A stretch of DNA of 64,000 nt, from assembly GCF_964204865.1 (NCBI RefSeq), contig NC_135259.1, positions 15,748,001-15,812,000 of the forward strand, written 5' to 3'. The notes beneath the pieces were generated by a model. It did no database searches. It was not told the origin of the DNA and saw only the letters and a program-made list of their open reading frames with translations. This DNA is from Styela clava. Taxonomy: Eukaryota. Shown here in pieces: positions 50,211 through 64,000 of this stretch; position 1 is the first letter of the stretch, and each line of letters opens with the position of its first letter. A program made the translations under genes and the position numbers.

Positions 50211-52085
50211 GGAGGGCGGTCCAAACTGCGGACCGCGGGCCGGATGCCGACCGCCGACACATTCCGTGCGGCCCGCAGAACAATTTTAGCGTACCCTACT
50301 GAACCATTGGCAGATATTTGTATTTATTAGCAGAACAGTTTAGATTTAATTTTGAACTATTTCATCTGGGAATAATCCTTTTCTTAATCTCAATGTCGGG
50401 AGTGATGTTTGTTAAATAAAATTACGGAATTTCATCGCTGTATTTATAAATGTCAAAACGGTGCGGTGCCTATATGGGAATGACGTCCTGTAGTCGGTAA
50501 AAGAAGAATGAGTTGCCTTGTGCAGACTGGACCACGCCGATGAGCTCGTGCCAAGTAACTCTTCATTTGAAGACACGTTTTGTGCCTTTTTTAGTCAAAA
50601 CACTCCTCCATTTTCAATCGTTGGCCGTGTGACAGCAGAGACGAACCACAGAGCTGACTTAGCGCCGCGCGATCCATTTTTTTTTCATCTGCGGACGGAC
50701 TTGTTTTTTGACAGTAGCACTAGGCCCGCTCACGCTACAGATAATAATTTTTTCGAATATAGCGATTTATCATACAATGAGTGTAGAAAGCAGGTGAGCG
50801 AGGTAAACTGAGAGGAGGCATATTTCTTTAGCCACAAAAATCGGTAAATCTAGTGCAGGGGTCACCAACCCGTTGCCCGCGGGCACCAAGTCGCCCGCAG
50901 GGACCACATTAGTCGCCCGCAGGTCTGTTTTAAAATGCTTCAAATATCGGCGCTTATTAGTAAGCTACATCTGTTAAATTTATTCCTGCTATTCTTGATT
51001 CTCGTTTCAGCCTTCTATGAAAAATATAAATGACAAAATATTATTTATTGTAGCGGTCAGCCTTTTCTATATGTGACATCGGTAATGTCACCTGTCATTC
51101 CAATTATGACATCACACACACTAGGTCAGCTGTGCCTGCGTGTCGTTCATTTCTAACCTTTTTTGATGGAACTTGGGCATGTCAAGCGTTGTTGAGCAAC
51201 GTTCAGCCTTGATGCGGGGCAGATGGGGCTTGCTTGACATTGTAACACTGCCAATTGACCTCCACTCCAAAGCCAATCAGGGCCTGATGACTTTCACCTC
51301 AACGCCAATCTGGGCCTGTCACACTTTATGGCTCTAGTGGACACAGAAAGTGATGTGGTGTATGAACAGCAGCTTCGATGGTCGCAAGCTTGTTTTGTTC
51401 AACCTATCTTTGTGAATAAACCTTTTATTATATAAACTTCATCAAGAACGAGCCCTAAACACACCTCACCGATGAACATCTGCAAGACTCACTCATATTT
51501 TTGGTGTCAAGTTGCAAACCAGATCATGCAATACCAGGTTTTCCACGTACTGAGGAGGAATACACCAGATTTGGTCTTGATTGAAAATATGATATCCATG
51601 ATTTGTCAAATGTGTTGGTGAAATATAACATTTGATAGCAAAACTACTATTGATAGTTTCATGGATGATTAACAATATCAGTGTCTCCTTGGCTAAATAC
51701 CGTTAATATCAAATTGGCTTTTCCGAAGAGTGCCCTTAGCTTAGTCGGTACCCAGAAAGTAGCCCGCTGCTCCATAAAGGTTAGTGACCCCTGGTCTAGT
51801 GTGTTTTCAAGTAATATCAGAGAATATAATTTTAAGCGACATTACAAAACCAAACACGAGAAATATACATAAAATACCACGATATTTCCACGGAAAGCAA
51901 TTTTAAAATAACTAAAAGCTTTATATCGTTTTCCTTGGAAAACTGATCAGAACGATAAACTCACATTCTTAAATATATTCAAAGTGAGTAAACTCGCGAT
52001 GTTTTGATCATTTTTAGGTTTCTCCTACTTCAGCCCGCGAAAACTCCTTTTCGTTTTTGCGGCCCTGCAACCTTGGACCACTCTG
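50211..52085 (+). mobile_element. Internally deleted Charlie/Buster-type hAT with a transposase zinc-finger remnant
   Basis: Ends gtccaaactgcggaccgcgggccgg ... gcggccctgcaaccttggaccactctg. EEAYFF lies before and REYNFKRHYKTKH after the nested insertion, typical of the N-terminus of Charlie/GTF2IRD2-type transposases. Confidence 0.65.
50856..51793. mobile_element. hAT element nested in 50211-52085
   Basis: CAGGGGTCACCAACC / GGTTAGTGACCCCTG; TSD ATCTAGTG / GTCTAGTG. Confidence 0.85.
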
Positions 52086-52265
52086 GTATATATGATATAT
52101 ATTTCCTAGCCGCCAAATTCTTGCTGATTGACCTAATAATCATACTGATCGAAATCAACAATAATAACGGCAAAATGAGATTTCTCTTTAGCTGTCTTGT
52201 CCAATTACCTTCTACATTGCATATACATCATATACTTTTTTATCGACTATTGAGACATAACTTAC

Positions 52266-52392
52266 CTCCATCGCCGCAGTTGTTTTGCCATCCCTATTGT
52301 CATATACAAAACCATCTTCACACTGTACGATTAAACTTCTATTCAATTGAATATAATCAGCAGATTGATTCTTTTGGACTTTGACAGTAAAT
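52266..52392 (-). pseudogene. Orphan SLC22 exon 3 copy
   Basis: FTVKVQKNQSADYIQLNRSLIVQCEDGFVYDNRDGKTTAAME|GTAAGT; no neighbouring exons in this orientation. Confidence 0.85.
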
Positions 52393-52978
52393 CTTAATAG
52401 TAACATACTGTTGTACATGTCGTAAAATCATTTGGGGACTCGAAAAAGTCCTAGCATTGGTTTGTTGCTGATGTCTGATGCTAGCATACTGCCTAAATTT
52501 ATATTATAAGCTTAAATATAAATATGCTCTAAGCACGGATTGTAGCAAAAATACTACAAAACATAGGAAAAAAGCAAGCCTGCAGACAGGCCTGGCAACA
52601 ACGTGACTATTACTTCCTATTTCTGTTGTGTTGTTTATTGAAATGTAAGCGTGCCTTTGCGGAATAACGTATCATGGATATTCAGGTTCATCTCCGCAAG
52701 AAATGCAGTGTTTCATTCGCGTAACAGCCAACCGCATCATAGACTGCAGATCCTAGTTTTCCTGCGAGGCATTCAATCTCTAATTGAAAGTCGCCGTGAT
52801 CTTGCATACAAGTGTCTTGAAACATAGGAAAACCTATTAAATTATATTATTGTCAGATATCAAAGGATCAGTTGCGAAAAAGTATATTATTATTTTTACA
52901 GTCTATTCTCCCGAAAGCGTGTAATGCCTAAATTTGAAAAAGTCGTAATAAAAATAAATTCGTTTGTCGTTGATAAAA

Positions 52979-55900
52979 ATGGACGATGTATTTGAGGAAT
53001 CGGAATCTACCAGCGCATATCACAAACTAATCTTAGCAAGTTTGATAATCACTGCAATACCGGAAGAAATGGTACACTTTTCATCAGTTTTTGTTTTTTA
53101 TGCACCGCCGCATAGATGCCTAGTTCCGAAAGTTGATCACCAAGTGAGTGTGTTTTTGATTCACTTTTGTAATTGTATTCTAGTTGCTTGGCTTAAAATC
53201 TAAATATATGACTTCTAGATAACCGGATCCTAGGACCAAGTTGTCAATTTTCTGGATTATCTTGAGTAATTTTTTTTGTTACGTAATGATTTTCACTTCA
53301 ACAACTCATATTTGTTCAGTTATAATCCTGCATCTTTGGGGAATAACAAAACGTTAAGTAACTGCCGAAGGTACAGATAATAATCTTTCCATCGTTGTCT
53401 TGATTGCTTTCATTAAAATGTCGATTGTGTAATATTATATATAGTTTTGACAAAATATACGACAACTTCTGTGTATTTAAATGACCAGTTTTAATATTTC
53501 TTATTATTCTCGAATCTTTTATTCGGGCAACTAATGAAACTCCAGCCTAAAATTTCTGTTAGATATATATATTTTACAATTATTTTCATTATTAGAAAAT
53601 TTTAGTATCCGTCGTCAGCAACAATCTTTTAAGTCAATAACAAACGATGTAATAAACGAGAATATCGGTCAGAGACCGAAGACTTATCGATCGAAAGTTG
53701 GGGGATCCCCCAAAACAGCGCTCTTATTCCATAGTGACACCTTGTATCTCATCACTAATTAATTAATAACTCGCTAAATATACGACATAATTTGCCCAAA
53801 ATCAATAGGCTCCTGTTCCGAGATAAGATGAATGCACATGCAAAATCTGGAGCAGATTCAATCTTGCTTTCGGGAGATATCGCGTGCATCTAACAGACTA
53901 CAGACATACAGACAGACAAATACTTATCAACATACTTACCGATTAAAATCGATAAGTAATAAGACGTTATTGTACAACAGTATGTTTAGTTACAAAATCC
54001 ATGATCTTCTTATATATATTAAGATTTACCGCTAAAGTCCAAACTAATCAATCAGCTGAAAACGGTATTCAAGTAGATAGAAGTCTTATCAAACCGTGTG
54101 AAGATGGTTTTGTATATGACAACAGGGACGGCAAACCAACTGCAGCTATGGAGGTAGATAATATCAGCCATAAATAACGAAAAAAAATGTCTTTAAAGCC
54201 GCAGATTACAATGAACATAAGAATATCGATTAGAAACGCATATTTTTCTGATTTAATTTAGATATCCTCGTTTGACTATGGTGGTAATTTGTTGGTTTAG
54301 CTATTTCATGTATCATTGAATTGTTTGTATATTGTGTTTGCTTTTTTTTTATCTGGATCGAACTGAACTCCGCAATTCATGAAAAATATTTTTATATTTA
54401 CTAACATTTATACAAGTTGCAATTTAAATACTAAACGATGAAAGCATGTGTACGTTAAGAGTCTGCGATTAATTGCAAATTTCATTCTGCAGTTCAATTT
54501 AGTTTGTGGCGAAGAGTGGAAAAAACCATTCCTGACATCGAGTTTTTCAATCGGTGCCCTCGCTAGTGGAATAATCTCTGGAGCACTATCAGACAAGTAT
54601 TTGTTTCTTATATTTTCAAGTGATTTAAGCGTTTTAGCAGGGTTAAAGGCGGTATATTTGAATATTGTCAATTAGTTCATTTGTACATTGGTTCGTTATA
54701 CTTTTACTCTCTCGCTTATTTATTACAAATGCATATCTAGCCAAATCAAACCATATGATTGGAAGATATTATGTCAAGGTTTAGTCATAACACAATAGTA
54801 ATTGTTTTATTTTTATCGACATTTCATGATGAAAAATGTCAGAACTACAGTTCAACCATTGGCCATTATACTCTAATCAGTAGAGCTCCTATTTTTTCGC
54901 CACGAGTGCTACATAGTGATCGATATTTCAATCCAAATTTTGCTATTTTCGGGATATTGCGACACCACGTGGAATTGCGTCATACCAGTTAAGATGCACA
55001 ATACCCAGATGTGACTGTACCTGTTGCTATGTAATTTGCTACGTCATCGATATTATCAATTTTGCTTTGATTCTTTTGAATGATCATGATAACAGAATAA
55101 ACTATAAGTCGCATACCGGTACCATATGCTCCGTGTCCGTATATTTGACTTGAGCATTGCTATTTTGTTAATATAAATGATCATCCTTTTTTAGGTTTGG
55201 CAGACGAGCTGCTACTCTTGGATGTCTCACAATTTTAATGTTGGTTAATTTTGGATACAGTTCGGCTGTGAATTATTAGATGAGCTGGATATGTTTTTTG
55301 TTGTATGGCAGTGGATGTACCATGGCTTATAACTAAACATTTTTCCATGGTAATTAGATTATGAATCAATCAATCAATCAATCGTTTATTTTGTCATCAC
55401 AAAAAACACGTTCAAACATAAAGTGACACAATGAATAAATTACAGTACTAATCATGTTTTTGCGTGACCGGAGTCGCGAGGGACCTAAGAAGGTCTTCAA
55501 GCAGCGACACCTACAGCGCTACAGGTTAGAATAAACATAATTAAATGAGGGATAAAATGAATAAATCCTAGGAATAAGTCACAACTGATACAAATACAGC
55601 GACATTCGAAATGTAACTTTCACGGAATAATTACTAACAACTAATAAAAACGCGAGGAAAGCAAGATAAAAGCACAGAAAAAATATAGGAAGGGCAAGTT
55701 TTTCGGAATATGCAACTAAAAGCAATATAAGGCAAACAGTAAATCAAAAATATTTACAGCAAATACAATTTAGGAGACACTTACAAAAAATTGATAGAGT
55801 CTAATGAGGAATGAATGTTCATTACGAACTCAGAGGGCAAAGACCTTAATTTTGATGTATTGTTAATCGTAAAGAAAATAGAGCACTTTTATGAAAATTG

Positions 55901-56096
55901 AACTGCAAAGCTGTATTTGACTTTTAGCTCAAGAACTCGTCAAGAAAAAGCACAGAGGACTCGTTATATTTTTTTGTAATATATGCGTGTCTATTGGGTA
56001 TATGATGATGACATTCATTGCATATTTTTCCGCTTACTGGAGATGGATGATAAGAATTCCTGGATTCTTATGCATCTTTTTCATGGCGTATTACTG
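52979..56096 (+). pseudogene. SLC22 copy B, truncated pseudogene (exons 1-6)
   Basis: Exons 52979-53143, 53285-53370 (acceptor AG lost), 54023-54152, 54493-54596, 55195-55349 (TGG->TAG at 55277-55279), 55928-56096. Intron similarity to copy A stops at ~56450 and there is no exon 7. Confidence 0.88.
53653..53961. mobile_element. Helentron/DINE-like non-autonomous insertion in intron 2 of copy B
   Basis: Absent from the homologous intron of copy A. Subterminal inverted repeat acttatcgat/atcgataagt, (ACAG)-type microsatellite, terminal hairpin cttaccgattaaaatcgataag. Confidence 0.55.
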
Positions 56097-57537
56097 GTGA
56101 GATATTGTTGTTACAATGTTTATTTTCCTGATGAATTGAGTTACTCATCAGAGCCGTAAGTTAGGTCTGGGTTGCATTATGCATGGGAATGCCCATGTAG
56201 GACATTCAGTCTTGGTTAATGAAATATTATAATTCTGAGGTTACTTTAAACTAATGAGTTCATTGCAGAGCTGCAAATAAAATATTTGAAGAGTTTAACT
56301 TGTGTGGTCATGATTAGGGTCTATTCCAAGATTCATCCACGCCACTAACAAATTTGTGCCAAGTAATATTTTGCTTTGATTTTCTTTCTGGTTTAAACTG
56401 TTTTAATATACATGCAGCATAATAAAATGCAAATTACAATTTACTCCTGAATGCTACTGAGTGTGCGGCAGTCTACAAACAAAACATTGAATATTAACCA
56501 CTGGTTATAATACGTGTTATGTATATTATGTTTCAAATAGTGTAGTGGAAGAACAAAATCAAATTCCATCTTTTCGTAATTTCTTCGATTGTTCCATGTC
56601 TTTACACGTGCGTTGGATACCAATTACATTATCAATTTGTAAATTCTCTTGTTAATTTCCCCTATTTTGATCTTAATATATATATATATGGTTGAAATAT
56701 AGGATTCTTGTATTTGGAACGTTATTTTTAAGGGTTTGATAATGTTGTAGTTGTCATATAAAGAATAAAGATGTATTTCTCTCACTTTAAAAGATGGATT
56801 TGTCTCGAAAAATATGCTGGAAAGCAAAACATTTTGCAATTACCGTATATCGTTTCAAATTTACTTGAAAAAAAACTCATGTTCTTCCATTTATCCATCC
56901 CACCCCATCGAAGTGGATTAGGCGATGCAACAGGGGAAATTCATGTAATTTATGTTATTTTCGGATGATTAAGGATTAATCTACTAACTAATTTGACGCA
57001 TACATACGCCGTCTGAAATATGCACATTTCGGCGTCAACCTTTTAAATATATTGATGCTGAGTGCTCAATATATATATTGCTATTGTTGCAAGTTATACT
57101 TTGCATACAAATACATGAGCTAGCAGAAAGGCAGGTCTGGCAGTAACGTGACTGTCACATCCTGTGTTTATTGATTCATATATACGAGCGTGGTTCCGTG
57201 GAATGCAGTTTAGTTTATCGTTGCGAGACACGCAGTTTTTTGATTTTGTACGGTAGCCAACCAGCTAATTTCGTATATTACAGCAGAATCAGCTGTTTTT
57301 CGAGGCATTTTCCTAACTTTATACGCAGTATTCGTCGCCTCAGGCTTGTGTACAAGTGTCTTAACTTAGAGAACTTAAAATTCAAGATATTTCCTTTGAA
57401 ATTTGTGACATGATCAGTTGCAAGAAAGTATATGCCGATTAAACAGACTATTTTATCCAAAGTATACGAGCTTCGATTTATATATGCAAACTTAGATGTT
57501 ATATTAGTAATTATAACAACGTGGGTCGTTGCCGAAA

Positions 57538-60500
57538 ATGGACGATGTATTTGAAGAACCGGGATCTACCAGCGCATATCACAAACTAATCCTAGCAAGT
57601 TTGATAATCACTACAATACCTCAAGGAATGGTAAACTTTTCGCCAGTTTTTGTGTTCCACGCACCGCCTCATAGATGCCTAGTTCCGGAGATTGATCACC
57701 AAGTGAGTGTGCGTTCGTTTTACTTATTTAATTTCTACTGGTTGCTTAGCTTGAAACCGAACATGTTAGGTCTACCGTATCCGGTTCAAGATACAAGTTA
57801 CACAATTGTTAAAATATTGTTTATCAATTCGCTTTTTTGACTTTGTTTTAGAACGATAATCAATTCAACAATCCATATTTGTTCAATTATATTCCTGCAT
57901 CAACAGAAAATAACGAAACGTTGAGTAATTGCCGAAGGTAAGATGTTTATTGTGTAATATTCTATATACGCTGGAAAAGAAGAAGAACAGTCGTTCGCGG
58001 ACTTAGATTTTTAAGAGCGACCTCTTATTTCACGATCACCGTCCCGCATTAAGCAAAACGGTACTTCCGTAGTATGTGTACCAGGTTAGGGCAGGCCATA
58101 ATTTTATTCCGATTTCCCTTATTTTAGTTCTATTACAAGTTTGGGGACTGTCTGTGTTAGCCAAGTGAATATACTCCCTGCCCATAGGCGTCCGTCCCTT
58201 TACACAACTTGATGTAAATTGTAAAGTAGGCAAACAAAATTAGTTACCTCCATATTGGTACACACTTCTGGAGCGCCAGCAAAACCTCGTTCATCTCGTT
58301 GCGGTGAAAATACAATGTTAAAACCATATGCCGATCAACCCATACTGTAAATGAGGAATTGTCGAAACATTTGACACTTCAATTATTATTGTAGCTACAA
58401 CATAAAGGTAGTTTAACTAGAATATAGTTCGAAGCTTATATCAAGTTATATATATGTAAATCACCCTTCAAAATTTAAACTTTGTAATTAGACAATAAAC
58501 GGAAATCCAGAGTGAATTAGTATTTATGCAGTCCACGCCATGGTTCTTTTATCTCAGCCAAATTTAAATAAAGTTTAATCAATAACGGTATATGACGTAA
58601 ACAACATTTCATAACATTATTCCCGCGGCCATAAAGAATCGATGTAAGGAATTCCACGTTATTGTACATCAGAATATATAACCACAAAATCCATTAAGTT
58701 CTCCTTAATTTTAATTAATGTTACGTTATGTGATTTTTTTTAATGTTACGTTATTGTACAACAGTATATTAAGTTACAAACTCCATGATCTTCTTATATG
58801 AAGATTTACTGTTCAAGTTCACAAGAATCAATCTGCTGAAAATTATATTCAAATAAATAGAAGTGCAATCGAACAGTGTGAAGATGGAATTGTATATGAC
58901 AATAATGACGACAAGACAACTGCGACGATGGAGGTATATTATAAAATCCATATTGTGTATGTCGCACGAAAACGTTCAGTGTTCTCACATGAAGGGTTGA
59001 ATAAATTTGAATCCCGTGATTTTGTCGCGTTCTAGTGTAATTCACAACTTCTCGTTTGCCCATCCTCCATAGCGGTTCCGAACCTTTATAAGGCTGTTAA
59101 ATTGCTTCCTTTGCCTATTTTGTAACTCTCAAATTTCCTCCATTGGGACACGTTGCTCTATTAAAGGTTAAGCCAATCCGTGCACCTGGAACATTGAACT
59201 GTGAAAATTTTGTGATGCTTGAGTCAGAATGCTCTGACCACAATCTAATTATATTGTCCTATCGCTATCATTGTTATTTTTGACCATGATAAATATTAAA
59301 ATTAATCAATAGGAATTTACCTTCTAGGAAACATAAATATACCGGTACTCGTCGTTAGCTAGATGGATTTCATATCTGAAGTATTTATGAAAAATTATAT
59401 TATATCACATGGATTTATATATACATGTTGCATTTTAATTACTACGTTGCATTTTAATTACTACTCCAAAAGCATTTGTCGCTTATCACATTGTAATTAT
59501 TTCCAACGTTTATTCTACAGTTCAATTTAGTATGCGACGATGAATGGAAAAGACCGTTTTTGACATTGAGTTATTCGATAGGTGCTCTCATTAGCGGAAT
59601 AATTGCTGGAGCATTATCAGACAAGTATTAGTTTAATTAAATATTTCAGATAATCCGAACTTCAAAAGCGTATATTTGCGACTAACCAAATTATTTCTGA
59701 GTACTCCACAACGCATTATTTCGTTTTATTGCACATAAAATTATGTAGATTAAATGCCTAAAGTACTTAGGAATTTTATATCGAGGAAATCTTTAATTCT
59801 GGTGAAACATACATGAAACAGATATCTTAGTTTGTAAGTAATTGATGGAAGCAAACTGGAAATGAAATAGAAAAGTCCATCAACCGGTCTATTATCATCC
59901 ATGGCCGGGCTCACACAGGCTAGCAAGGGCTCAATCATGATATTAGGGAATATCCGAGCCATGTGCCAAGCGTACAATCTAACAGCGCTCACTGGTATCA
60001 CATTGATTCTTGCTACATCATTTTTGATAACGTGTTATATAAATAACATGTAGTGCAGACGTTGATGTGAAAACATTCGAAGCCTTTACACTTCTTAGAT
60101 TACTCATTACATTTGGTTTTTTATTTTGTTAGCCTGCGGTATTGATCAACCTCACCGACTTGATATTAATTGAAAATTGCTTTCTGAACGATAATATATT
60201 ACACATGAACTTGGCCTCAGAGTGAAAGACATGGAAAATTATTTCCCGTGGGAAATAGGAATTTAGTGCCCACGGGAAATATCTAACATTGAGAAATTTG
60301 TGTGGCCTCCCTTTAATATAATTACGATCATCATTATGAATAGGTAGAAGAATTCTATATCTCACAAAATTACACAGAAAGGAACCTTGTTAAATTGGTG
60401 TTGTATTCCAGTGCAATCGCGATAATTTCGATATTGTTTTTTAATTTGTTATGAATGTGGAATCTTTTGTAGCAGGCCGCTGACAAAATAAAACATCCCC

Positions 60501-63500
60501 GTCATTGCTCAAAATAAGGAAATTAGTAATTATCCAGCTAGAGCTAGGGATACGGATTGCGCCGGAAATTCAGATTTTAAAATCATTCCTAAACCGAACC
60601 CTAACTGTATAATTACTAAGTTTTTTTTTATCTTGAAACGTTTTTTCTCAAACCTCCCATTTTTGCATTGGTGGCGGGGGATTTCTCCAATAGATCCTAA
60701 ATGTAGGTAAATTTTGTTTTCAGGTTCGGTAGACGAGTTGCTACTCTTGGATGCGTCACAATTTTAATGTTGGTAATTTTCGGATACAGTTTGGCAGTGA
60801 ATTATTGGATGAGCTGGTTTTGTTTTTTGTCGTATGGAACGGGAGCCAGCATAACGTATAGCTTGACATTTGTCCATGGTAATCAGTAATTTATTTTTTT
60901 CTCCATCATGTAAATACACTTTGTATAAACAATAAAAAACAACGTAAAAATGGCTTTTCAGGGTAAAGAGGACGCAAAAAAACTAAACTTGTTATCTTGC
61001 AGCGACACCCGTGATTAAGTATAACAGTAATCAGGAGAAAAAAATCGTAAACACTGTATCATTGAAAAAAGTTTACAGTAAAAGGAATGAGTAATGATTA
61101 ATATTTCGACGTGTTTTATGACAGGATTTTGATATTTATCCCGGAATGGCAGAGGACCATAACCAGTAAAGGTTGGCAACGGTAATAGTTTACCAGTAAT
61201 CGTTACGGAATTTAACGGTGAGGGAAGCGTAACTGAACTGCGGCTGCAGAAAACACCCGCCGCCCATTACGTAAATGTTGCCATAACAACTTAAGTATGA
61301 TTACTCTATGATGTTCTAAGGCATTTTAAAATGCTGCAAAAAGACCGAGCTGATTTCTAGCTCATAGTCATAGTCCTGATATATTTTTGATCTGTTGTAA
61401 GTGACAAATGTTTTTAGATTCGATGCAAGGATAATATAGCATAGTTTTTTGAAAATTCAGTAAAAAACTTCATTTGTCTTCCAGCGCAAGAACTGGTCAA
61501 AAAAGAACATAGAGACGTCGTTGCGTGCCTTATCAATATTTGTATGTCTTGTGGTTATATGATGATGACATTCATTGCATATTTCTGCACCTACTGGAGA
61601 TGGATAATAAGAATTCCTGGATTCTTTTGTATCTTTTTTATGACGTATTACTGGTGAGGTATTGCTGTTAACATTGTTAAATTTCGTACTGAATTGACTT
61701 CTTCGCCTAAGTAGTAAGATACTGCCGTGACGTATGTAGCCCAATACTTTATTTATCTTTCAAGTTTCTTACACTTTTAAGCCTAACCCACGAATTTAAA
61801 TTTTTGACACGTTGCCTTGATTGAAATTTCAAATTCAATTATTTTTTGCACTTTTCGTTCATTATAATAATCTACATTCATTACTATTAGACTACTAACT
61901 ACAACTAAATTAGATTTTTTTTATTCTTTCATGATCTATTTCATTTTCCATTGCGCGTTCAGTTATTTGCCGGAATCTCCTCGTTGGTTGATGTCTAGAG
62001 GAAGAAAAAACGAAGCAATAGATATTGCAAAACGATTTTTAAAAAAATCGAAAGCTTCGGAAGTATTGCTTGAACGTATTCAAAAATCAAAAATGAACGA
62101 TGAAATTGAGGTATGACATGATGAATTGTGCGATAAACGCAATTGGGTGAGCACAGAAATGGAACAAATCCATTTTGACCTAAAAATGAACAGTGTAAAT
62201 ATTCAAAAGCAGAATTCAAATTGGAGGAAGACTAGATATAGGCAATGTGCTACTATTTACACAACTTATCGCCCTTAGGGTTAGTTAAGTTCAATTCCTG
62301 ATTACAAGACATGTGAAGTAATTTAAATCAATAAAACATCTTTATTTAATAACAAAAAAATTGCTATGTTTTATTTTTTTACATCTTAATTAAACAATAT
62401 GTTGATAAATTTTTTGTAAATTGAATGCACTTTTTTATCCCGCAACTATTAAAAAAATTGAACTCACGTTGATGATGCTGATTTTTATTTCACAGCTGAG
62501 CAATTCTGAATCGAAGAATCAAAAACACATCAGTTTTTGGAAATCCTTATCGATGCTTTTTCATAACAGAATTTTGCTGAAAAGAATTTTGGTTTTATGT
62601 TGGTTATGGTAAGAAATTAGTAAACTAAAATATACAGTGTTTGTATTTATGATAAAATTGATGATAAAAAAACATGAAAAAAAAATTAGTATTGATGTAA
62701 TTGGTTATAAATAGGTTCTGTTCCATCATAATTATAAAATGGAACATAACTCCAAACGACCAATCAAATATGCTACTTTTTGATATTTCGAATTTAGATG
62801 TTTATTCCACATATGTATATATGAGATGTTATTGATTATACTTTTTGGTTATAACGACAAAGAAAGAAAAATAACGTTAATATGTTGCTCCACAGGATAG
62901 TTTCGTTCGTTTGTTATTTTACATTTGGATACAACACATCTAACCTTGGAGGCAGTATATATTGGAATAGTTTTCTATCAGCTGCAGCAGAAATACCAGG
63001 ATGGATAGTTGCTTTATTTGCACTAAAAAAGCTTGGTCGTCGTTTATCACTATCTGTAGCATTTTCATTATCAGCAATGTGCCTCATTTTATGCCCACTA
63101 CTCGGATCATGTGAGTTATTTTTTATTTAGCGATAAGATTTTTGAAAGTAATTTAGGTGGTAGTATTCTCTCCCAACTTTATGAATACCTTTGCAGTTAC
63201 ACTCCAACATCATTTTAAACAAAATCTGAGATCAGATAAGTCAAACTTTCTATCGGAAAATTAAAACCTCAGCATTCTCTCCCAACTTTATGAATACCTC
63301 TACAGTTACACGCCAACAGTATTTCAAACAAAAACTGGGATCAAACAAGCCGAACTGTCTATCGAAAAGTCAAGACCTTCGCAAGACTCAACAAAAGTTC
63401 AACTTCCAGTCGCGATACAAATGTGCTATTGTAAAAAAAATTATTAAGTGGTTAAGGAATATGCAACATAAGCAAATATCACTCTTAAAAAATAACAAAC

Positions 63501-64000
63501 ATTCGACGTCTCTAGCCGCAGGGTTTTTTAATAAATAAGTTTATTCATAGAAGCGGCAAATTTGCTGTAGTTTACATAATAAACACAAATGCTCGTGAAT
63601 TGGATTTCACTTTCACTGTTGTAGATCATATCTTTCTATAAATTTCACAATGCTATACCTTGAACCACTAATATAAAATTCGTAATCGAAGATGCGTATG
63701 AATAGACGATGATGACGAGAACCTAGAATTGACGCACGCAGATATGTTGTGTTGCATAAAATTGTTCGTTGATTTTAAAAGCGACATTTATTTTCTGCAT
63801 ATATTTTACATTTATTTTTTTACGTTTATTTTGTTTAGATGAAAAAGCGAGTATTGCGGTGGCAATGACTGGGAAAGTATTTTCATCATCAAATATGGGG
63901 ATGGTTTATTTATACACAGCCGAACTTATTCCTACAATATTGCGAAGTACCGGTGTTGGAATAGCTTCTACCTCGGCTAGGGTAGCATGTTTGATGGCGC
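57538..64000 (+). CDS. SLC22-family transporter, copy C (exons 1-10, continues beyond the window)
   Basis: Exons 57538-57702, 57852-57937, 58804-58933, 59521-59624, 60724-60878, 61485-61653, 61963-62110, 62496-62608, 62896-63110, 63839->64000. Same exon sizes as copy A and no stops seen. Confidence 0.9.
63163..63378 (+). repeat. ~109-bp tandem duplication in an intron
   Basis: attctctcccaactttatgaatacct...ctatcg occurs twice. Confidence 0.8.

Noticed and set aside
55366-55520. (TCAA)n plus TTTATT, possible minus-strand LINE/SINE 3' end; a similar gcagcgacacc occurs near 61000
   Set aside because: Plausible, but I could establish neither boundaries nor coding remnants.
1-64000. tRNA, rRNA or prokaryotic operon features
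   Set aside because: None seen. The only tRNA-related sequence is the retrotransposon PBS, and the genes have spliceosomal introns.

Overview
AT-rich, intron-containing animal DNA. An invertebrate chordate such as an ascidian is my inference from intron sizes and gene families, not a database result. Manual splicing gives five main components. (1) ~0.5-13.8 kb, minus: a multi-exon NLR-type gene with NACHT, winged helix, HD2 and very degenerate LRR-like exons; a Q/N-rich amyloid-like motif lies upstream of the NACHT and the 5' end is unresolved. (2) 20117-24833, minus: an intact 5-exon, 472-aa secretory-pathway kinase-like gene (PKDCC/POMK/DIPK type) that the ORF track shows only in pieces. 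(3) ~26.4-38.9 kb, minus: a decayed gene reading NACHT relic - LRRs - ZU5 with an HF/T autoproteolysis-type site - UPA-like region - RHIM-like motif - CaaX (CCVI*). (4) 33699-38652: a full-length but defective Ty3/Gypsy LTR retrotransposon (tRNA-Leu PBS, PPT, 6-bp TSD) inserted in the NACHT relic of gene 3. (5) 39.8-64 kb: an SLC22 transporter cluster with one intact minus copy, an orphan exon, a truncated plus pseudogene and a plus copy running off the window. Many hAT-type MITEs, some nested, and other short repeats fill the introns. The best candidate for an undescribed system is the pair of NLR-related genes carrying amyloid/RHIM-like motifs, one with a PIDD-like self-cleaving ZU5 module and a prenylation signal.
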